Source: Planctomycetota bacterium (lineage in GTDB: Bacteria > Planctomycetota > PLA2 > JAEUHO01). From it: a stretch of 64,000 nt of DNA. Positions 58,621 through 64,000 of the stretch are shown here, piece by piece. The DNA lies in the NCBI GenBank assembly GCA_965222115.1, contig CBDCTJ010000007.1, forward strand, positions 1,664,001 through 1,728,000, given 5' to 3'. The first letter of the stretch is position 1. Every line of letters begins with the position of its first letter. The notes beneath the pieces are model-generated. The model worked only from the letters and a program-made list of their open reading frames with translations. It had not been told where the DNA came from and did no database searches. Both the position numbers and the translations under genes were made by a program.

Positions 58621-61600
58621 ATGACGCCCATGACGCTTCGAACTCGTTTCGCTTGTTTGCTCGGTGCCTTTGCCCTTGCGCTACTCGCTGGCCCGGCGAT
58701 GGCAAAGGACGACGCCAAGCAGTCGGCCAAGAAAGCGCCTGCGAAAAAGCGCGCGAAGAAGAAGGCCGAGAAGCCCACTTTGGGTCTTCGCTATCCGTCG
58801 CTCACACCCGACGGGAAACGGGTCGTCTTTGGTTACCGCGGCGATTTGTGGATTGCGCCCATCGAGGGCGGGGCGCAGCCCGAGCGTCTCACCATTCACG
58901 AGGCGCAAGACACCATCGCACGCGTAAGTCCGGATGGCGAGCACATCGCGTTTACATCCCGCCGCGATGGGGGCTACGACATTTTCGTGATTCCCGTAGA
59001 AGGCGGCGAGCCGAAACGCATCACGCACAACAGCGGGGCCGAAGTGCTCTGTGACTGGTCGCCCGATGGCAAGAAGATTCTCTTCATGTCCAATCGTGAG
59101 CCGTCATTGGCGCGTATGAACCTCTATGAAGTACCGGTAGCTGGTGGCACGCCGCGACGACTGACGCATGATGGTGGGCGCGAAGCCCGGTACTCAAACG
59201 ATGGCAAGCAGATCATTTACGTGCGCGGCTCCAATACGATTTACCAGGACAACTACAAGGGCTCAGGCAACTACGACATCTACACCGTCCCCGTAGAGGG
59301 CGGTATTCCCACGCAGGTCACGAAAACCGATGGCAACGAACGGTGGCCCACGTTTACCGAAGACGGCAAGAAAATTCGTTTTGTCACCGAAGAACGAGGT
59401 GTTGCCAACTTCTATGAAATGACTGTCGGCGAAACCAAACGCAGGCGCGTCACGAAATTTCGAGGCGCGGACGTACACCGCCCGTGCTATGCCTGGAAGG
59501 GCGACGGCGTAGTATTTGAACTTAGCGGAAAGCTCTATCACACCGATCTATCGGCCAAGAAGCCCAAAGCCCATCCGATTCGACTTACGGTGCGCGGGGA
59601 CGTGCGTCATAGCGGCGTTGTCGAACGACAGGTCACGCGCGGTGTGGAGCATGTCCATCTCAGTTCGGATGGATCGAAGATGGTCTGTTCGGTCCATGGC
59701 GACATTTGGGTGATGGATGCGTCCGGCGGCAGCGCGACGCGTCTTACATCGGGCCCCCACAAGGACGAGTGGCCGCGGTTGAGTCCCAACGGCAAGGTCG
59801 TGGCCTTTCAGTCCAATCGGGCGGGCAAAAGCGATATCTTTCTCTTGTCCGTTCGCGATAAGAAAATCAAGCGACTCACCAAGCACGCTGCGGACGATTT
59901 TTTTCACTCGTGGTCGCCGGATGGGAAGCGGCTCGTCTTCACGTCAGAGCGTTCCGGCAATCGCGATATCTGGACGATTGACGTGGCCACCGGCAAGGTC
60001 AAACAACTCACGCGCGAGAAGGGTAACGAGGACGATCCTGTATTTTCGCCGGATGGCAAGTCGATCGCATTCGATAGCGACCGCAGTGGCGGTCAGGCCA
60101 TCTTCATCATGAATGCCGACGGAAGTAACCCGCGTAAGGTCTCAAGCGGTACGGGCTTCTATCAGGTTCCCAACTATTCGCCCAATGGACGTATGTTGGT
60201 GTACGAATCGATGAATCCCGCCACCGGACGCTCCCGAGGTCTGTTTGTCTGTAAGGCAAGCGGCGGTTCTTCCATGCGCATCGCGAGCGAAGGTATGGGC
60301 TCGTGCTGGAGTCCGCGCGGCGACTACATCTACTACTCAGTTGGTAATCGCGGCAACCAAGAGGTGTATCGTGTTCCTGCGCCGACGGCGATTGAGAATC
60401 GTGAAAAGGTCCCCTTTATTGGCAAGATCGATGTTGACCTACGCCGGGAGTTGGCCGACCTGTTTGACGAGGCGTGGAACGCACTCGGCAAGGGTTTCTA
60501 CGATCGGAAAATGCACGGTGTGAGTTGGCGTAAAATGCGCGACAAGTATCGTCCCATGGCCATTGACGCCGAAAACAAGGCCGAATTCCAAAACATCGTT
60601 TCCCAAATGTTGGCCGAGCTCAACGCGAGCCACTTGGGCATTGGTGGGGGACGCCCGCGTTCGATCGCCGTGGCCGCTAAGGCCACGCCCACCGGTTCGC
60701 TGGGTGCAACATTTGCGGACAAGCGCGGTGAACATGGCGGCTTTGTGATTCGCTCCATGCTTCCCAATGGCCCGGCGTTCAAGGCGCGCTTGCGTGTGGG
60801 CGACGAGATCGTGGCGATCAATAAGAAGAACGTGAAACCTACGACCGATATTGACGAACTTTTGACCGGTACGCTTGGCAAGGAAATTCATATCGCGTAT
60901 CACCCGCACACCGCGGAAGGACTGGGCGACCGTGTTGAACACAGTATTACGCCAACGAGTGCGCGTGCGCTTTCGCTGGCCATGCGGGTTCGTGAGCTTG
61001 AGAAGCGCGCGAAAACAGTCAAGACCGATACCAAGGGCAAGATTGGCTACATCTACCTCAGCATGATGAACCAACAGAACTTGGGTAAGTTCCAGCGACA
61101 AGTCGCTGTCTGGAATCGAAACAAGAAGATCAAGGGAATGATCATCGACATTCGCGGAAATGGTGGAGGCAACATACATCAACAGTTGCTTCAGATCCTT
61201 AGCGCGAAGCCGTATGCCCACGTCGAAGTTCGTGGCGGGCGCCGAAAGATGCCTCAACCCGCGCTCTACTGGGACAAGCCCGTCTGCGTCCTGATTGATG
61301 AGCGATCGTTCTCCGATGCTGAGGTGTTTCCCTATTGCTTCAAGAGCTTGAAACTTGGCAAGGTCATTGGCGTCCCCACACCGGGTGGAGTGATTGGCAC
61401 GAACGACATCACGTTGTCGGACGGATCATCGTTTCGCATTCCGCGCGTGGGTTACTACGGCATCGACGGCACCAACCTTGAGGGGCACGGCGTAAAGCCC
61501 GACATTTTGGTTGAGATGACGCCGGAAGACCGCATCAAGGGCCGCGACCCTCAGTTGGCGCGTGCGATTGAGCATATGTTGATTGAGACCGGCTTGAAGA

Positions 61601-63042
61601 AGGCTCCAGAGAAGGACGCCGACGCCAATACGAAGAAGGACGACAAGAAACCCACCACGCCTACGGCAGCGCCCAAGCCGCCTAAGCCCGTGGCTTCAAA
61701 GGCAAGCTCGACCTCCAAGAACGAGACGCCGGCTATGCCTTCAAAGCCAGTGCCGTCAAAGCCAATGCCGGAGAAGCCAGCGGCGAAGAACACAGCCGAA
61801 GCCACGTCCGCGAAGAAGGACGCTGCGACCCCTTCGAAGCCCGCGCCTGCCAAAGATACAGACGCGGCGGTGCCAACAAAGGCAACGTCGTCTGCCCCAG
61901 GATCGGTTGACTCAACGACTCGCGTCGCAGGACCCACTGACACGCTCGCGGATGTTCGCGTGGGGGAGTGGGCGCGCTACACCCTTTCGTCTAAGAGTGG
62001 AAAACCGGCCACACTCACGCTGCGTGTCAGCTCGGCGAGCGATGGCAAGGTGGGTTTGACGAAGACGATGAATGGAGCGTCGTCGTCTTCAATTGACATA
62101 CCAACCACGTGGGTCAACGCACCCCTCGAAGAGGCGCTTCGTGCCGTGGGCAGTGTGCGAAGTCAACGCATGGTGAAGGCCAAGGTCGATGGCAAGGACG
62201 TTGACGCGTTCTTGGCCACACTTGCCTACGCCGGGGGCGATTTGGAAGCACGCTTTAGCAATCGCGTGCCCGTGCTTGGCTTGATTTCGCTGCAAGCGGG
62301 TGACACGAAGATCCTCACATTGGATGCGTTTGGCGTTGGCGACGCGAAGGCACCTGCCAAGCCAACTTCAAAGAATGCCGGGGATTCGAAACAAGCTCCG
62401 GCATCGAAGAAGGACGCTCCGTCCAAGCAAGACACGGTCAAGAAAGTCGAGGCGTCCACGAAAGAAGATGGCCCAAACGACGCTGTTCCGGGACCCCGCG
62501 ATGCCTCCTCGAGCGAGACTTCCGGGAAGACGCCGCCCGGCGGTGAGGCATCCGACGACGCACCCACGAAGAAGAACGCACCGCCCAATCCCCTTCACGA
62601 CGCCAAGGTGGGCGAATGGACGCGCAGTCGCATCATCGTTCAAGGCGCGGAGGCCGAAGCAACCCTGCGCGTTGTTGAGGTGACCGAGGACGAGGTCAAA
62701 CTCGAAAGTCGGATGCGCTACAAGAGCCGTGAACTCCGCGCCAATACAATCAAGCGACCGCGATCCGAGAAAATGAGGCTTCGCGGTAAGCGCGGAAAGA
62801 CCGCGACGGTTTCTCGCGAAACCATCACCATCGACGGCAAAGACTTAGACTGTTACGTGCTCACCCGCACGTTGCGTGGCAAGCGTGTGATTCGTCGTTG
62901 GATCTGTCTCGATGTGCCCGGTGATGGTGTGGTACGCGTAGAGCGCGGCGGCACCGTCATTCGCGAGATCGTCGCGTGGGGCACAAAGCCCAAGAGTGAC
63001 GACGACGCCGAAAGCAAAGACGCCAGCGAGCCGACGAAGTAA
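58621..63042 (+). CDS. tricorn-like S41 protease (PD40/TolB propellers, PDZ) with long C-terminal extension
   Basis: Signal peptide, repeated WSPDG units, DIRGNGGGN, SFSDAEVF (catalytic Ser region), GVPTPGGVIG, LEGHGVKPDI, DPQLARAI. Confidence 0.9.
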   Translation: MTPMTLRTRFACLLGAFALALLAGPAMAKDDAKQSAKKAPAKKRAKKKAEKPTLGLRYPSLTPDGKRVVFGYRGDLWIAPIEGGAQPERLTIHEAQDTIARVSPDGEHIAFTSRRDGGYDIFVIPVEGGEPKRITHNSGAEVLCDWSPDGKKILFMSNREPSLARMNLYEVPVAGGTPRRLTHDGGREARYSNDGKQIIYVRGSNTIYQDNYKGSGNYDIYTVPVEGGIPTQVTKTDGNERWPTFTEDGKKIRFVTEERGVANFYEMTVGETKRRRVTKFRGADVHRPCYAWKGDGVVFELSGKLYHTDLSAKKPKAHPIRLTVRGDVRHSGVVERQVTRGVEHVHLSSDGSKMVCSVHGDIWVMDASGGSATRLTSGPHKDEWPRLSPNGKVVAFQSNRAGKSDIFLLSVRDKKIKRLTKHAADDFFHSWSPDGKRLVFTSERSGNRDIWTIDVATGKVKQLTREKGNEDDPVFSPDGKSIAFDSDRSGGQAIFIMNADGSNPRKVSSGTGFYQVPNYSPNGRMLVYESMNPATGRSRGLFVCKASGGSSMRIASEGMGSCWSPRGDYIYYSVGNRGNQEVYRVPAPTAIENREKVPFIGKIDVDLRRELADLFDEAWNALGKGFYDRKMHGVSWRKMRDKYRPMAIDAENKAEFQNIVSQMLAELNASHLGIGGGRPRSIAVAAKATPTGSLGATFADKRGEHGGFVIRSMLPNGPAFKARLRVGDEIVAINKKNVKPTTDIDELLTGTLGKEIHIAYHPHTAEGLGDRVEHSITPTSARALSLAMRVRELEKRAKTVKTDTKGKIGYIYLSMMNQQNLGKFQRQVAVWNRNKKIKGMIIDIRGNGGGNIHQQLLQILSAKPYAHVEVRGGRRKMPQPALYWDKPVCVLIDERSFSDAEVFPYCFKSLKLGKVIGVPTPGGVIGTNDITLSDGSSFRIPRVGYYGIDGTNLEGHGVKPDILVEMTPEDRIKGRDPQLARAIEHMLIETGLKKAPEKDADANTKKDDKKPTTPTAAPKPPKPVASKASSTSKNETPAMPSKPVPSKPMPEKPAAKNTAEATSAKKDAATPSKPAPAKDTDAAVPTKATSSAPGSVDSTTRVAGPTDTLADVRVGEWARYTLSSKSGKPATLTLRVSSASDGKVGLTKTMNGASSSSIDIPTTWVNAPLEEALRAVGSVRSQRMVKAKVDGKDVDAFLATLAYAGGDLEARFSNRVPVLGLISLQAGDTKILTLDAFGVGDAKAPAKPTSKNAGDSKQAPASKKDAPSKQDTVKKVEASTKEDGPNDAVPGPRDASSSETSGKTPPGGEASDDAPTKKNAPPNPLHDAKVGEWTRSRIIVQGAEAEATLRVVEVTEDEVKLESRMRYKSRELRANTIKRPRSEKMRLRGKRGKTATVSRETITIDGKDLDCYVLTRTLRGKRVIRRWICLDVPGDGVVRVERGGTVIREIVAWGTKPKSDDDAESKDASEPTK

Positions 63043-63157
63043 GACTTCACATCGTTCATTCGTCCGTTGCAACAGATACGCATGGAGCCGCCAAAGAGGT
63101 TCGGCAAATGTAGCTGCTCAACGGTCGCTCGATACCATGGCCCTGGAGGGTGTATAA

Positions 63158-64000
63158 ATGACGAAGTCAAGCGTTGCGTGCGCATTGGCGTTACCGCTAT
63201 TGGTACTCATAGCCATCTTCGGTATGCGCGACGCGATAGCCAGGGATCAGGACCTCGCGAAGTTCCTCATCAAGCACGGGCGCGCCGAGCTTGCAAAGGG
63301 GAAGTACGAAGACGCGATGGTGAAGTTCGTCAAGGCACGGCGCGAAGATCCCACAATGTTGGAGGCTACCTATTGGTTGGCGCAGGCACTGGACAAACGA
63401 AAAAATATCCAGACGGCCGTTCGTGAATACAGGAGATTCCTTCAAAACGTTCACGAAGCCACACTCGCGGGCGTGGTCCGAAAGGAAGACAAGAAGCTCT
63501 TGTCCAAGGCGCGATCGCGCCTGAAATCGCTTGACCGTGTGGGTGTGGCGATTGACGGCATTCACGCGAAGTTCGCCGACGCATTGTGCGCAGCTGCGAA
63601 GGACAAAATGAAGAGCGACGCGGGGTTTGCGTTGCATGCCATGAAGTGGGCCCAGTCGGTGGCGCCAACTCACACGGCAAGCGCGACCATGCTCAAAGAA
63701 ATTGAGTCACGTCGAGGGCCGCGCACGCCTGCATTTGACACCATCACCCGTTGGCGTGATCTGTTGGCGAGTCATTACTTCGGACGAAATGACGGTTGGA
63801 CGTACAAGGGCCCCGAAGTCGAGATTCATGCGCAAGGGGGTGCGCAAGTGAAGTCCCCCAAGCCCATCCGAAGCGGCACGTCGTATGGCGTTACGGTTGA
63901 CGTTGAACTGCTTGCATTTCTCAACGACGCCAAGACATCGGTGTTTGGTATCACGTTTGCGGTGTCGGAGGACGAGGCGTTGGGCGCACTATTCATCCAC
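63158..64000 (+). CDS. secreted TPR-containing protein, 3' end runs off the window
   Basis: Manual translation gives MTKSSVACALALPLLVLIAIFG...HGRAELAKGKYEDAMVKFVKARREDPTMLEATYWLAQAL, which is TPR-like. GGAGG lies at 63145. Confidence 0.7.
   Translation, partial: MTKSSVACALALPLLVLIAIFGMRDAIARDQDLAKFLIKHGRAELAKGKYEDAMVKFVKARREDPTMLEATYWLAQALDKRKNIQTAVREYRRFLQNVHEATLAGVVRKEDKKLLSKARSRLKSLDRVGVAIDGIHAKFADALCAAAKDKMKSDAGFALHAMKWAQSVAPTHTASATMLKEIESRRGPRTPAFDTITRWRDLLASHYFGRNDGWTYKGPEVEIHAQGGAQVKSPKPIRSGTSYGVTVDVELLAFLNDAKTSVFGITFAVSEDEALGALFIH

Noticed and set aside
147-63680. Numerous overlapping or antisense ORFs (e.g. 25457..26566, 22482..23477, 36515..37357, 5152..5973)
   Set aside because: They are shadows of well-supported genes in GC-rich DNA and have no recognisable motifs.

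Overview
GC-rich bacterial chromosomal window. The gene content (many Hanks-type kinases, FHA and FGE-sulfatase domains, DUF58/BatA genes, a tricorn protease) suggests Planctomycetota, but this is inference. The housekeeping backbone comprises an RND efflux pair, valS, guaB-guaA, a PLP dehydratase, a diguanylate cyclase, orn, gatCAB, rlmN, clpX, clpP, tig, rho and an S41 protease. Three accessory blocks stand out. (1) 18.4-30.5 kb: a 1646-aa fusion of an NAD(P)H:FAD oxidoreductase, five FHA domains, a ferredoxin, two cNMP-binding domains and a four-cluster ferredoxin, directly upstream of a membrane His-ligand/pentaheme-c cytochrome and flanked by two Ser/Thr kinases. This is a candidate phosphorylation- and cNMP-gated transmembrane electron conduit. 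(2) About 38.0-47.1 kb: a ~9 kb kinase/pseudokinase-ankyrin block that splits the usual tig-clpP-clpX order. (3) 51.2-57.2 kb: secreted and lipoprotein genes punctuated by a dispersed TCACGCAGAGGCGCAG repeat family, including a MITE-like inverted pair. No rRNA, tRNA, CRISPR array, transposase, integrase or reverse transcriptase was recognised. All domain calls come from motif reading by eye, with no database searches.
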